DNA of 64,000 bases. Origin: Candidatus Bathyarchaeota archaeon (GTDB taxonomy: Archaea; Thermoproteota; Bathyarchaeia; Bathyarchaeales; Bathycorpusculaceae). Positions 19,349 to 30,349 of this stretch are shown here, piece after piece. Location: the NCBI GenBank assembly GCA_963811105.1, contig CAWEPZ010000009.1, positions 96,001-160,000 on the forward strand, in the 5' to 3' direction. Under the pieces are notes generated by a model. That model was not told where the DNA came from. It worked only from the letters and a program-made list of their open reading frames with translations, and made no database searches. The position numbers and the translations under genes are program-made. The first letter of the stretch is position 1. Every line of letters starts with the position of its first letter.

Positions 19349-19903
19349 TTAATCGCATTTTTTGATTTTTAGCAGCTTAGTCTGCATGTCAACTATTTCA
19401 GCGCTGTTCTTTGCCTGAATATAATTTTCAAGCAACATGGCGTTCAACTCAAAAAAAGTATGTCCCCACGTAAAAATTGACAAAAGCAGTTCGGATTCTT
19501 TCTTGAAGCCCGCAATGTACAAGGCGGCAGCTATGGCTTCAGCGGTAGTTAGTTTTGTCAGTTTACCGTAATTAACGGGGTTTCCCGCGATAAGGATGGG
19601 CAAACACCGGCTGGTCCCCCTAACAAGTCCACTCATAACCTTTTGTGCATGCTCCCAGCTGCAATCTAGCGCAGCTAAACCAAATTGTTCAATTCGTTCT
19701 CTGTCTGCAGGTGAAAAAGCTATTTCACCAAAAGGATTTAGCACTATGGCCCGTTTCGGTAGAAATTTTGTGCTATTAACTATCCTGGCTAGTCCTCGAC
19801 GTTTTAGCCTTAGTGCTGTGTTTTTCTTGGGATCATCTTGGGCAGCGTGATAGATAGAAACGTGTACAGGTATGGTAAGTAATGCTGCTCGGTTATTTTC
19901 CAC
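19349..19903 (-). CDS. tsr3: 16S rRNA aminocarboxypropyltransferase Tsr3 (DUF367)
   Basis: DDPKKNT, LDCSW, R-x-LP-x-LIAGNPVNYGK, EAIAAAL, F-x-WG-x-x-F-x-x-LN. Confidence 0.95.
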   Translation of the reverse strand: MENNRAALLTIPVHVSIYHAAQDDPKKNTALRLKRRGLARIVNSTKFLPKRAIVLNPFGEIAFSPADRERIEQFGLAALDCSWEHAQKVMSGLVRGTSRCLPILIAGNPVNYGKLTKLTTAEAIAAALYIAGFKKESELLLSIFTWGHTFFELNAMLLENYIQAKNSAEIVDMQTKLLKIKKCD

Positions 19904-21434
19904 TTGGTTTACGCACCTTCAAGTGGCTCATGGGGTCATCTAATACTCTTGGAATCCAATCAATAATGTCAGTTGCTACCATATGAAAACCAATTTCGTT
20001 TGCAACAAAGTCGCCTGCAGCACCATTAACAAACGCTCCTGCCACTGCAGCCTCAAATGGATCAACCTTCTGCGCCATTAAACCGCTCACGATCCCGCTT
20101 AGAACATCACCTGTTCCGCCAACAGTCATGCCTGGGTTGCCCGTGAAATTTAGCTTAACCCTTTCTGAATCGCAGACGATGTCAACTTTGCTTTTTACAA
20201 GGATGACTGCGTTAAGTTTGTTTGCGGTTTTCTGCACTGCGCTTATGCGTTCGTTTAGTTTTTCGGGTAATGTTTCGTCCGTGAGTATGGTATATTCACC
20301 TGCGTGAGGTGTCAAAACAAGTGGCGTTTTTAGGGGTCTTTTGAATTTGGCGAAGGCTTTAAGTCCATCAGCATCCAAAAGCAAAGGTTTCCCAGCCTTC
20401 TCAACTTCGTCAACGCAGATCCTTACGAAATCTGCAGTTTCAGGGTTTAATCCCAAGCCTGGACCTATCGCCACGGCATCAACCATGTTCAAATAAGGTT
20501 TCAGCGTTTCCATATTTCTCGGTTTTAGATTGTCACTTTCAAGCTTTATGGTAATTAAGTCAGGAGACATCGAAGAAATAGCATAAGCCACCTTGGTTGG
20601 AGCTGCCAGATAAACAAGATCCACCCCTGTTCGCAGGGCGCCCAACGAAACTAGTGTAGGAGCGCCTGAATAAACCTCACTTCCGCCAATCACAAGCAAT
20701 CGCCCAAAGTCACCCTTATGAGCTGTCGGATTGCGCAGCACTTCTACGAGGTAAACGTCGCCTGGACCAGCGAACTGTTCTATTTCCTGGGGCACCCCTA
20801 TGCCTTTTACAATTAGCTCGCCAACATACTTTTTCGCCTTGGTAAGTCCCGTTTTTTCTTTATGAAAAGTAATTGTTAAATTAACTTTTGCCGCCGTGCC
20901 ATAGACTTCACCAGTTTCTGAATCTACTCCCGTTGGCACATCAATCGCAATTTTATAAGCCGTTAAGGCATTGATATAATTGGCCATTTGAAAGATTGGC
21001 GGTTTAAGTTTTCCTTTGGTTCCAATGCCTAATAAAGCATCAATTACTACGTCTGCTTCGATTTTAGGTAGGATTGAACTGTCGGTTACTTCAAACAGAG
21101 TAATTTTATCTTGCAGCGATTCGAGAATAGCCCAATTTTTCATTGCCATATCATGACTTATATCTCGAGCTTTGCCAGCCAGAACAACCGTGACCGTGTA
21201 GCCTGCTGCTAAGAGATGTCTAGCCGCCACAAATCCGTCCCCGCCATTTCCGCCTAACCCGCAGAAAATGACTATTTTCTTTTCCTTTGGAAATCTCGAA
21301 ATAATTTCTTGAGCTATGTCGCGTCCTGCATTCTCCATTAACACAAGCAGACTTATACCATAGTATTCAGCGTTGGCTTCCAAGGCCCGCATTTCTCTGC
21401 ATTTGATAATCGGGTTTCTTACTTTTGCTTGCAT
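19893..21434 (-). CDS. nnr: bifunctional NAD(P)H-hydrate epimerase/dehydratase
   Basis: LMENAG, G-x-GGNGGDG, HKGDFG, LTPHAGE, GGTGDVLSG. Confidence 0.95.
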   Translation of the reverse strand: MQAKVRNPIIKCREMRALEANAEYYGISLLVLMENAGRDIAQEIISRFPKEKKIVIFCGLGGNGGDGFVAARHLLAAGYTVTVVLAGKARDISHDMAMKNWAILESLQDKITLFEVTDSSILPKIEADVVIDALLGIGTKGKLKPPIFQMANYINALTAYKIAIDVPTGVDSETGEVYGTAAKVNLTITFHKEKTGLTKAKKYVGELIVKGIGVPQEIEQFAGPGDVYLVEVLRNPTAHKGDFGRLLVIGGSEVYSGAPTLVSLGALRTGVDLVYLAAPTKVAYAISSMSPDLITIKLESDNLKPRNMETLKPYLNMVDAVAIGPGLGLNPETADFVRICVDEVEKAGKPLLLDADGLKAFAKFKRPLKTPLVLTPHAGEYTILTDETLPEKLNERISAVQKTANKLNAVILVKSKVDIVCDSERVKLNFTGNPGMTVGGTGDVLSGIVSGLMAQKVDPFEAAVAGAFVNGAAGDFVANEIGFHMVATDIIDWIPRVLDDPMSHLKVRKPSGK

Positions 21435-21489
21435 ATTTAATGCCCTTGCTAATTTATGCTGCAGGTTAAAAGATAAGCCTATCTTTATT

Positions 21490-21517
21490 GTATACGAAAG
21501 CATCACCAAAACACACT
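21490..21517 (+). repeat. GTATAC-motif copy A
   Basis: GTATACGAAAGCATCACCAAAACACACT. Confidence 0.8.
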
Positions 21518-21572
21518 TTTAACTGGCTCTAAAGTGGAATTTAGGCGAAGAAATTTATTTCCAAGTGAGGTT

Positions 21573-21833
21573 TTATTTGTTTTTCATTTTAGAATTTTTC
21601 CATTTGTATTTTTTCGAAATTATCATGGTTGAAGTAACAAGTGCAATAGGCATGGTTCTTGCTTTATCTGAAACGAAACTCTACAGCTTGTCCAAATCCT
21701 TCGTCACCATACTTGCTATCACATGATATTCGCAGAAGACTATGTCTGTCGACATTACCTCGCCAAATTTAATGATTTTTTGAGCCACTTCTCTTTCTGT
21801 TCTATATGCAACTTTGAAAAGAACAGAAGCTTA
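21573..21833 (-). pseudogene. Lrp/AsnC ligand-binding (RAM) domain remnant
   Basis: ASVLFKVAYRTEREVAQKI...EYHVIA...DLDKL then TAG at 21681-21683, continuing SFVSDKAR...VTSTMII; no start codon. Confidence 0.7.
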
Positions 21834-21997
21834 AAACTTTCATGACTTCACTATTTGCTAATCTCTTAAAACCTTAACATAATTTCCATACAGATAAGTT
21901 GCAAATCAAAAAAGTTTATCCAATAGCTTTACCTATTTATTTTAGGTTCATATGTTTCTTAGAGAAATAAATGATTGATTTTAAGTAGGTGTGTTGT

Positions 21998-22726
21998 TTG
22001 GAAAAGAAATATTTAATAACAAATTCAGATGCCCTGTTGATAACTGATATCCAAAGAGATTTCTTGCCCGGAGGCGCATTGCCCGTTGCTGACGGTGACG
22101 AAATAATACCTGTTCTTAACGAGTATGCGAGGCGTTTTGAAGACGCAAAAGCACATGTTTTTGCTTCTAGAGATTGGCATCCTCCCAATCATATGTCATT
22201 TAAAACGCAAGGAGGTCCTTGGCCGCCTCACTGTATACAAGATACTTTAGGTGCAAAGTTTAGTCCTGACCTTAAACTTCCTGAAGGCATTGTTGTAATT
22301 TCTAAGGCCACTAACCCTGAACATGAAAGCTACTCGGTTTTTGATGGAACCAGCTTCGCTCATGAACTGGAAATGTGCGAGGTAAAGCGACTTTTCATTG
22401 GAGGTTTAGCCACAGATTATTGTGTAGTAAACACGGTTCTTGATGCTCGTAAGCTTGGCTACGAAACAATAGTGCTTATGGACGCAACCTTAGGTATTAA
22501 CGTGGAGCCAGACGATGCTAAAAAGGCAGTTGAGGCGATGCAGAACGCTGGAGCTAAACAAATAACAATGGCTGATTTTCCAGACGAAATTGATGCCTTG
22601 CCAATGGATGAAGCTGAAGAAGACGTAATGGAGGAGAAGCCTTCCGAAAGGGCAGCAGTAAAGAAAAAAGCTCGAATGCGCCCTAAAGGTACTTCAAAGA
22701 GGGTTCGCACAGAGAGAAAAAGCTAA
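21998..22726 (+). CDS. pncA: nicotinamidase/pyrazinamidase
   Basis: DIQRDFLPGGAL, DWHP, WPPHC, GLATDYCV. Confidence 0.95.
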   Translation: MEKKYLITNSDALLITDIQRDFLPGGALPVADGDEIIPVLNEYARRFEDAKAHVFASRDWHPPNHMSFKTQGGPWPPHCIQDTLGAKFSPDLKLPEGIVVISKATNPEHESYSVFDGTSFAHELEMCEVKRLFIGGLATDYCVVNTVLDARKLGYETIVLMDATLGINVEPDDAKKAVEAMQNAGAKQITMADFPDEIDALPMDEAEEDVMEEKPSERAAVKKKARMRPKGTSKRVRTERKS

Positions 22727-22782
22727 TCTTCTTCGAAATACTGCGAAGCTTATATAATCATAGGCTTTCTCACCTAAAAACC

Positions 22783-22867
22783 GCGAGCAACAAGGGGACT
22801 ATTGCTCGCTGAACCTTAAAGGATTGCCATTGCAGACCACCCGCTTGCATTTTCATTTCAAAATGAA
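22783..22867 (+). ncRNA. candidate small structured RNA behind an orphan TATA box
   Basis: GAAGCTTATATAA at about 22745-22757, then hairpin GCGAGCAA...TTGCTCGC and further short stems; no convincing ORF. Confidence 0.3.
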
Positions 22868-23284
22868 CAAAAGTACCACCTAACTTCAACGTAAAGATTC
22901 TAAAAACGCTAAGAAACAGGTTCAATCCAAATCGCTCCAAGGCTATTACGTGTGGTTAACCGAACTAATTTGCCTTTATCTCTGTTTAATAAATCGTTAC
23001 GAATTTTGGTTTCTATCCTGTCCATAGATTTATGTTTGTGGCGAGATGATTTTGTGGCTCCCCCAATCTGAGTTTATGAGTTTTCTGTTTACTAAATTTT
23101 TTTTAGAGCGAAATTTATTCGAATGGGCACTTTTTACAATAAATAGTTAAAACACCGCGTTTTGGCGTAGGGAATTACTACTAAACAATTAAAAAACACG
23201 TTAATTGGGTTGTTTTCTACCATTCGAGAAACGAAAAATTGATAACTTTATGAAAAAGATGCTATCGTTCGATTCTTTGGTTTC

Positions 23285-23701
23285 TTATTGCTCGCCCATG
23301 ATTTGGATTATTACGGTTCTTTTTCTAGGGTAGACATCAGTTTCTACAAACATTAAAGATTGCCAGGTTCCAAACGTCACGTTACCGTCAACTATTGGCA
23401 AGGTTTTGTCTGGCGGAAGCAGTATGGATCGTAGATGAGAATGAGCGTTAGAAGGATGCTGGTACGCTTTATGTTTAGGCGCAAGCTCTTCAAGCAACGC
23501 CTTAATATCATCAATAAGGGCATCATCGTTTTCTGTTAAAATTATGATGCCTGTTGCGTGAGGAGCAAAAACGTGGACTAAACCATTTCGGATGCCCGAG
23601 CGCAAGACCTCTTCCTGGATTTTGTTAGATAGGTCTACGAAGTCAATTTCGCCTTTAGTGTTAAAGCTGTGACTTCTGTTTACAACCTTAAAGTTCGACA
23701 T
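23285..23701 (-). CDS. yjbQ: YjbQ/UPF0047 family protein
   Basis: PHATG-x-x-x-x-EN, NAHSHLRS, GTWQ. Confidence 0.93.
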   Translation of the reverse strand: MSNFKVVNRSHSFNTKGEIDFVDLSNKIQEEVLRSGIRNGLVHVFAPHATGIIILTENDDALIDDIKALLEELAPKHKAYQHPSNAHSHLRSILLPPDKTLPIVDGNVTFGTWQSLMFVETDVYPRKRTVIIQIMGEQ

Positions 23702-24247
23702 TGCAAGCTTTTCTCCAACTGGTGTACAGGTAAAAATGGTTGAAAAACTTTTCTAAGGTCTTGAGCTTTCGAGTGCACCACCAGTCAAGTCGTCTACTAA
23801 TTTCATGTCTCTTGTGATTTGCTTCGGCAACCGAAGACTAAAAAACAGGCAAGGATATAAATAATTTTAAAGTAATATGTAGTTTCTAATAAACACTTTC
23901 CTGCTATTTTAATTATAAATGTATAATGTAAACATTGTGAAACGTTTTCGCTTCACAAAAAGATCTTATACTAATTATTTTTTCCAAGTCAAATGTCAAA
24001 AAATGGAATATTCATTTTTTAGACCAAAAAATGCATTTATTAACGCCAAAATAAGCATAGTTTAGATAATTTTGCCTTTCTTTAAGTTTTTTTCAACCCA
24101 GTTTAATCTAAAAAAAGCATTTACATGCCGTTTAATACTATATTTTTGAATTTTCCCTTTCCTGGCGTAATGTATATTTAATCTTCGACGATGTTCGAAG
24201 TTTTCAGTGCCTTCGGAGTAGAAGTTAAGTCAGGTAAAAGAGTTTTA

Positions 24248-24275
24248 GCCGTTTTCTATTGATGCTTTCGTGTAC
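24248..24275 (-). repeat. GTATAC-motif copy B, with subterminal block at 24169-24200 shared with copy G
   Basis: reverse complement GTACACGAAAGCATCAATAGAAAAC; AATGTATATTTAATCTTCGACGATGTTCGAAG resembles 31667-31699. Confidence 0.8.
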
Positions 24276-24331
24276 TAAACCAAAATAAATAATGAATCCT
24301 TAATTAACGATTTAGGAATTAGTAACACTCT

Positions 24332-25222
24332 ATGAACCTGCTCTTGCATTAAAATTATTGGTATTATAGTTGGTGGGCTAGTTTCTGAGGTAGGTATATT
24401 TTTGTTACTGCTCAAAGCGGCCCAAATGAAATTAGCACATAAATTCATATGCCACACAAGATCAAAGCAAACAGTCTTCTACAGCTTACAAGTCACTTTT
24501 GCCTGTAAACCAAGGTGTTACACTAACAATTGGAGCCCGGAACGAGTGTTAACCTTAACACTTGCTACTCACAAGTAAAGGTACCTAATTTTGACAGAGG
24601 CACAGAAGCTGACCCGATAAACATCAGGATGACTCAATCGTTTCACCGCTGTAATTAATGTCTTGAATAAACGGATAGGCTAAGGCGCGTAATTGAAAAT
24701 GCAATTATGAATCAAACTTCAGCTCATGCTCAGTACTTTGTAAAGAAAAACAAAAAGGCAGTTAAAAGTGGAGTATGGAGACATAGCTTTAGCATAGCTG
24801 CAAATAGCGATTTGATGGCTGGTTACCTTTGGCGTTTTCGACTCTACGGTTCTTTCAAACAAATTGATAACTAATCCTGGAGCCCTTTCAAGCCTTCTTT
24901 TCGCATGGGTTAGAGGTTCTCTGTGACGTAAATGTAGGCCGATATTTGGGGGGGTGGAACAACCTCCCAGTAGGAAATCATCCTTACCCTCCATGAGTGC
25001 AAGAATGATTTTGATTTAGGCAAGGTAAAGCTTTGCCCGGTTTGACAACTCCGAACTCTCAAACTGCCAGCCTAAAACACCGCAACATCAACACCTAACC
25101 CATTAATCCCTCCATCGCTGTTCGTTCCAGAATATCTAACAGTTGTTGCTTTCATAGCAATATTGGTAATCATAAGAGATATTAGCCCGTAAGAAAACCG
25201 TCAACTTAACCCAAGCTGAATG
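24332..25222 (+). pseudogene. decayed surface protein with a PEF-CTERM-like sorting signal
   Basis: hydrophobic N-terminus; many stops; Pro/Thr-rich stretch, VPEY (25124-25135), TM and basic tail. Confidence 0.5.
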
Positions 25223-25246
25223 AGTTTGGGCGATGCTTTTGTATAC
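25219..25246 (-). repeat. GTATAC-motif copy C
   Basis: reverse complement GTATACAAAAGCATCGCCCAAACTCATT. Confidence 0.8.
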
Positions 25247-26481
25247 AGAAATGATTTGCCGATTATCTATGAAGGCACCTTAAGCTTCAAATAATGGTGA
25301 ATAAACTGGGCATGCTTTTTTCTTTATTTAGAAATCATACACGCCTAAAATCTTATTTTGACAACTGCTTCTAAGGGTTTGAAAAATTTTGCGTCAAGGT
25401 TTTTCCTTAATTGTCCTATTGATGTGGCGCGTTCTTCTTGTCGGTTGCAGCTGTGATGGTCAATAATTAGTATTACTCATAGCACTAAGGTCACACAACA
25501 CATTTTTTAGATCAAGCAATGCCCTTAAGTTTAGCAAAGTTTAGGTTGGATTGAGACTTGCAATAGTGTGCTTGGATAAAAATAAAGGCAAAAAAGTTTC
25601 CCAAAGAACAACGAATTGTTCGCTTTGTTGCATTAATAAGGGCTCAGTTAATCAAAAAGAAATTGTCATTAAACTGTATTTACCTGCCGCTTCACCAGCA
25701 TTAATAAACTCTCAAGCTTTTGAGTTCTCCTTACTATAGTATTTGATTATTTCATTTTTCCTGCGCTCTGATATTGGAATAGAGTGTTTTATGAATGGTG
25801 AGATATGTTTTAAGAAATTAGAGTGACTAACTTTCGAGATATTTGGAGATTTTATAAAATTTCAAAGGTAGCCCGTCCTTGTCGTCAGGAATGCTTATTT
25901 TCTTTTTAAAAAAGGATTTTGCACTTTGGCTAATATAATTTTGACTAGTTACCTATCCGAGTTTATAGTCATCTGAGTTTTTTGCCGAGTAACAAAGTTC
26001 GTTGTTTTTTGTTCTATCAACACTCATGCAGTTCTGTTAAAGAAAGGAGTGTTAGCACGCAATTCCGACTCTTCAGGCAATTCCAAACAAGGAGAAAAGT
26101 GTGCGGCAAATTTCTTCTTCTTTACAAGCTTTTGGAAAAAGGAGGACACGGTGCTGCCGCCGATTGTTCATCATCTTTCAGAGAAGAACAACACCCAACG
26201 CTACCACAAATCGTTGTTCGTCTAATCTTCAAGATTTTTTGTGTTATTTCCTTGCTTAAGATTAACGGTCCATCGTTAACCCCATTTTAATAAAAAAGTA
26301 TTAAATAAAGCTTATTTTGCCATAAACATAGTAGTAAAAGCTTGTTTTTTAGCGAAATATGAAAACCAAAAAAGAACGTCATTATTTTCTATGGAAACGA
26401 TAATTTAAAACCTCAGATTAAGGCTAAAATCATTAAATATCCTCATTTTAGCCTTTTAGCTAGGTGGCTTAGGAGAGTCGC

Positions 26482-26857
26482 ATGGGGAATATCGGGGCCT
26501 CATATAAGTACCCTCGAAAATCTCCATGCGAAGCGGAAACCAGTTTTTTCGGCTTTACTTCGAACTTTTTGGGAAGTTTTTGTTGGATTTGAGAAACTCC
26601 GCCGATTTCTACGAAAAAATCTTACTAACAAAATTTCGGTGCGGTTAAGGAACTAGCAATGATTTTGGTGTCCGGTAGCTTTGGCCGTTCATCATGGCTT
26701 TGGAACGACGTCATTTGCATCAAAATTATTATGCAAGAAGTAAGGCTCTCAGTCAGGGCTATTCGGGAGGTTGGTAATCTTCTTTTGAATTCCACTGGGC
26801 TAATTGGCAGGTAATGAATCTAACGCCAAAAACGCGTGCGTCATTATGAGACGTTAG
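26482..26857 (+). pseudogene. decayed ORF of unknown family
   Basis: AGGAG SD plus ATG, protein-like start MGNIGASYKYPRKS, then stops and frameshifts. Confidence 0.35.
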
Positions 26858-26911
26858 TTTTGTGATTTGTATCCAAGCCGGCTTTGCGTAAAGCAGTGGT
26901 TGCCGGATAGG

Positions 26912-26939
26912 GGTGTGTTTGGTTGATGCTTCTGTATAC
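26912..26939 (-). repeat. GTATAC-motif copy D
   Basis: reverse complement GTATACAGAAGCATCAACCAAACACACC. Confidence 0.8.
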
Positions 26940-27181
26940 CATTCGATTATTTTTGTATTTTCACCGAGCTAACTTTGGATAAATCTTAGCCCTTAGTGGT
27001 TTTGTTTCGGGTTCTTTTTTGGTTCAGCGTTAGCTTTGTAGGTGTTTAAGGTAGTCTAAACTGTCAATAATTTGGGTGCTTGAATGTTGGCTTTTATCTT
27101 ATCGGTTGCTTCAGTTGCTGAAGTATTACTTATTTTTTGTCCATCACCAGTTACCTCCAGTGCACACCAAGTTAATTCAGC

Positions 27182-27209
27182 GTATATAAAAGCATAACCT
27201 AAACCCACT
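27182..27209 (+). repeat. GTATAC-motif copy E (degenerate)
   Basis: GTATATAAAAGCATAACCTAAACCCACT. Confidence 0.55.
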
Positions 27210-27266
27210 TTTTCGGATCATCATAGCAATATTTTTTATTCCTAAAACCCGTTATATAGCGAATAC

Positions 27267-27716
27267 TTGAGGGGTAAACTGTTGAGCAAAGAGATTGACC
27301 GAATCAGACTTCGTCGTTGGCGTAAACGAGGATTCTACAGCGAAACCGTGTTGGTCAAGCTCCTGCAGAAAAAAGGTTACTACGCGGTACGGGTCCCCGT
27401 TAGCAACCCCAGCCTCAATCCACTGCCAGATATAATGGCGCGAAAAGGGCTCCACAATTATGCTTTTGAAGTAAAAAATGCTAGCTACTACGCTTATTTT
27501 CCCAAAGAACAAATCGACAAACTCTTCCGGTTTCTAGACCAGTTTATTCCCTCCGATCATGCTCACAAACATGCCGTGGTTGCAGCGCACCTGGGCAAGC
27601 GGTGGCTTTTCAAAGAAATCAGCTGGACGGATTGGGAGAAAAATAAGCTTCCAGGCAAAGTAAGAATCCTTAAGCGGGACAGGGGAAACCTAAACATGGA
27701 CACAACATACAGTTGA
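27267..27716 (+). CDS. Hjc-like Holliday junction resolvase / PD-(D/E)xK nuclease
   Basis: RG-x-x-SE-x-x-LV-x-LL-x-x-KGY-x-AVRVP-x-S, PDIMA, FEVK. Confidence 0.8.
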   Translation: MRGKLLSKEIDRIRLRRWRKRGFYSETVLVKLLQKKGYYAVRVPVSNPSLNPLPDIMARKGLHNYAFEVKNASYYAYFPKEQIDKLFRFLDQFIPSDHAHKHAVVAAHLGKRWLFKEISWTDWEKNKLPGKVRILKRDRGNLNMDTTYS

Positions 27717-27789
27717 CCTTGTAAAGCAATTTACCTCAAGTTATATAATTGCTAAGATAATACTTCATTAAATGTGCAAGGGCGCTGAA

Positions 27790-28479
27790 ATGTCAGAAGA
27801 AGACGCGATGGTTTGTACGCAAGTTTTAGGTCGAACTTATCAATTAGGGAATGCTAAAGTTGAAGTGCTAAAAGACATAACTTTGTCAATTCCAACTGGA
27901 ACATTTGTCGCGTTATGCGGTCCCTCAGGCTCGGGTAAAACCACTCTTCTCAATCTAATAAGTGGAATCGATAGGCCCACGAGCGGCAAAATTTTTGTGT
28001 CAGGTCAAGATTTGACTATTCAGGATGAAGATTTCTTGTCCGATTTTCGATGCAATAATGTGGGTTTTGTTTTTCAAGCGTACAATTTAGTTTCAACTTT
28101 AACGGTCGCTGAGAATGTTGCGTTTCCAATGGAATGGGCGCGGAAGCCTGAGGATGAAATAGAAAAAAGAGTAAATGAACTTCTTGAAATGGTGGGCTTA
28201 AAGCAGCGAATGAATCATTTTCCAGCTCAACTAAGCGGTGGTGAACAGCAGCGGGTTGCCTTTGCTAGAGCACTAGCTAATGATCCTCCCCTAGTTCTTG
28301 CAGATGAACCAACAGGTAATTTAGATGCGAAAAATGCTCAAAAAATCATTCAAGTCCTTCAGCTGTTGAAGCAAAATGGCAAAACAATCATTGTTTCCAC
28401 TCATGATACTGAAATTAGACAGTTGGCTGACCAAGTTGTATGCCTAGAGGATGGCAAATTGGCGAGCGTGGATGATTAA
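27790..28479 (+). CDS. ABC ATP-binding protein (LolD/MacB type)
   Basis: [26 protein letters not shown]. Confidence 0.95.
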   Translation: MSEEDAMVCTQVLGRTYQLGNAKVEVLKDITLSIPTGTFVALCGPSGSGKTTLLNLISGIDRPTSGKIFVSGQDLTIQDEDFLSDFRCNNVGFVFQAYNLVSTLTVAENVAFPMEWARKPEDEIEKRVNELLEMVGLKQRMNHFPAQLSGGEQQRVAFARALANDPPLVLADEPTGNLDAKNAQKIIQVLQLLKQNGKTIIVSTHDTEIRQLADQVVCLEDGKLASVDD

Positions 28480-30349
28480 AACCAATTTTCCCATAAACGA
28501 CTTGCTCCGCAGGAAGCTTCAAACGAGTATAACCATTACCACTTTAACGTTAAGTGTAGCTTCCACATTGTTTCTTTTGCTATTTACTAATCGCTTAGGT
28601 TTTGGAGCAACCGTAACAGTTGGTAGTTTAACTCAAGGATTAACAGCTATCTTTTCCCAATTTACGCTATTTATTGGCGTATTGATTTTTGTGATCGGAG
28701 CAGTGTTAGCTTCTTTTGTTGCTTTCTTAATGATGACTCAAAGAACTCGAGATTTTGGTTTAATCAAGGCAGCTGGATGCCCAAACAGTTTGGTTGGGGG
28801 ATACTTAATGGCTGAGCTGCTGACAACTACATTGATCGGCTGCATTTTGGGCGTTGGTCTTGGTTTTTTAATGGATTACAGCATTTCCTACACGGTTTTT
28901 TCTGGGTATCAGTTCCCTAATTTTTGGTTTTTACCTCTGGTTTTTGTGGCCTTTTTTGTTTTATCATTTTCTTTTGGTCTTCAACCAATTCTTAAAGCAG
29001 CTAGAATGTCTCCTATGCAGGCGCTTTCACCGGTTAACTATTATGGGTTAACTGCAACCACAGGCAAGCATAGGCCCTTGTCACATTCTGCGTTAACTTG
29101 GCGTATTGCCACAAGGAGCCTGTTTCGTAGGCAGTCGGCAAGTATCCGAATTATTGTTTTGTTGTCTACAGTGTTTCTTTTGCTTACGGTTTCTGTTGCA
29201 GGAGGCATAATTGCGCGTGATACTACCGTTTCCTGGGTTCAAAAAACAGTTGATAAAGACACAATTGCAATAGCGCATAACGCGATGGGCAACCAATATA
29301 GACAGCTTTTGTTTGAATTTTCTGGTGTCAGGAATACGGGTAATTTCGACTATTCAGACTCGCAGCTGGCTATTCCAGACAATATTATTGAACAACTAAA
29401 TTCTTTACATAGTGTGAGTTTGGTTGATGCACGATTAATTTTGAAGAAGCATATTAAAGAAGTTTCAAACTTTACCATTTTTCCTGATACTGAGCAAACC
29501 GTTAATGTCGGAGATGATAGACAAGGAGACAGCATAGTTGTAGGTGTTAATCCACAAAAACTGTCAGGGTCATGGTATACTCAAGGGCAATTTCTGACTG
29601 CTAAAGATAGTCTTGAAGCTGTTGTAGGTGATTCCATAGCTCATCAAATGTACTCATCTAACCCTGGCAAAGGAATTGTTTTATCTGATCCTCTGGTTGA
29701 AGGCTTAGAACTGCAAAATAGTACTTTTGACATCATTGGGGTAGCTGTTGACCCGCTAAATAATGGTTTGGTAATTTATGTGCCCATTGAAGTATTGATG
29801 AACATTACTGGTAACTCTAGCCCCAACTTGCTGTTAGTTAAGCTAAGCAATTCAACCGACCGCTCCGAAGTTCTCGCCCAAATCAAATCATTAATACAAC
29901 CTGTAGATCCTGATTTGAACGTGTTTATTTTGAATGATGTTGTTGCAAAAAATACGGATTTCTTAGCTTCATCCTGGCAAACGATCATGCTTCTACCGAT
30001 TTTTACTTTAGTTTCTGCAATGCTGTGCTTGGTGGGTTACTTGATGCTTGCTGTAGATGAACAGCACCAAGAATTCGCTGTTTTACGGGCTGTGGGAGCT
30101 AAACCAAAAGTAATAGTCACTATTTTGGCGATTCAAAGCGTATTTGTGCTTATTTCCAGTTTTGCAGCTGGAATACCTCTCGGCACAGTAATAACCTATA
30201 TTATTCTGATGCATCAACCGCTCGTCACAATCTTTACCGTTTTTCAAATAAGCGGGTGGCTTCTTGCAGCTTTGATTGGAATGTTTCTGTTTAGCCTTTA
30301 CCCTGCGTTGAAGCTAGCCAAAACTTCCATCTTAAAAATTATGACTTAA
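28472..30349 (+). CDS. ABC permease with two FtsX-type domains
   Basis: QRTRDFGLIKAAG and EFAVLRAVGA repeats; many TM helices. Confidence 0.9.
   Translation: MIKTNFPINDLLRRKLQTSITITTLTLSVASTLFLLLFTNRLGFGATVTVGSLTQGLTAIFSQFTLFIGVLIFVIGAVLASFVAFLMMTQRTRDFGLIKAAGCPNSLVGGYLMAELLTTTLIGCILGVGLGFLMDYSISYTVFSGYQFPNFWFLPLVFVAFFVLSFSFGLQPILKAARMSPMQALSPVNYYGLTATTGKHRPLSHSALTWRIATRSLFRRQSASIRIIVLLSTVFLLLTVSVAGGIIARDTTVSWVQKTVDKDTIAIAHNAMGNQYRQLLFEFSGVRNTGNFDYSDSQLAIPDNIIEQLNSLHSVSLVDARLILKKHIKEVSNFTIFPDTEQTVNVGDDRQGDSIVVGVNPQKLSGSWYTQGQFLTAKDSLEAVVGDSIAHQMYSSNPGKGIVLSDPLVEGLELQNSTFDIIGVAVDPLNNGLVIYVPIEVLMNITGNSSPNLLLVKLSNSTDRSEVLAQIKSLIQPVDPDLNVFILNDVVAKNTDFLASSWQTIMLLPIFTLVSAMLCLVGYLMLAVDEQHQEFAVLRAVGAKPKVIVTILAIQSVFVLISSFAAGIPLGTVITYIILMHQPLVTIFTVFQISGWLLAALIGMFLFSLYPALKLAKTSILKIMT

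Noticed and set aside
21681-21683. In-frame TAG codons (also 9499, and early in the nitroreductase and DUF5670-like remnants) as pyrrolysine recoding
   Set aside because: The same genes have frameshifts or lost starts, and TAG terminates many intact genes here; ordinary decay explains it.
26050-26270. CGSVGCC stretch on the minus strand as a UBP-type zinc finger remnant
   Set aside because: Only one short motif matches and the surrounding frame is broken; insufficient support.
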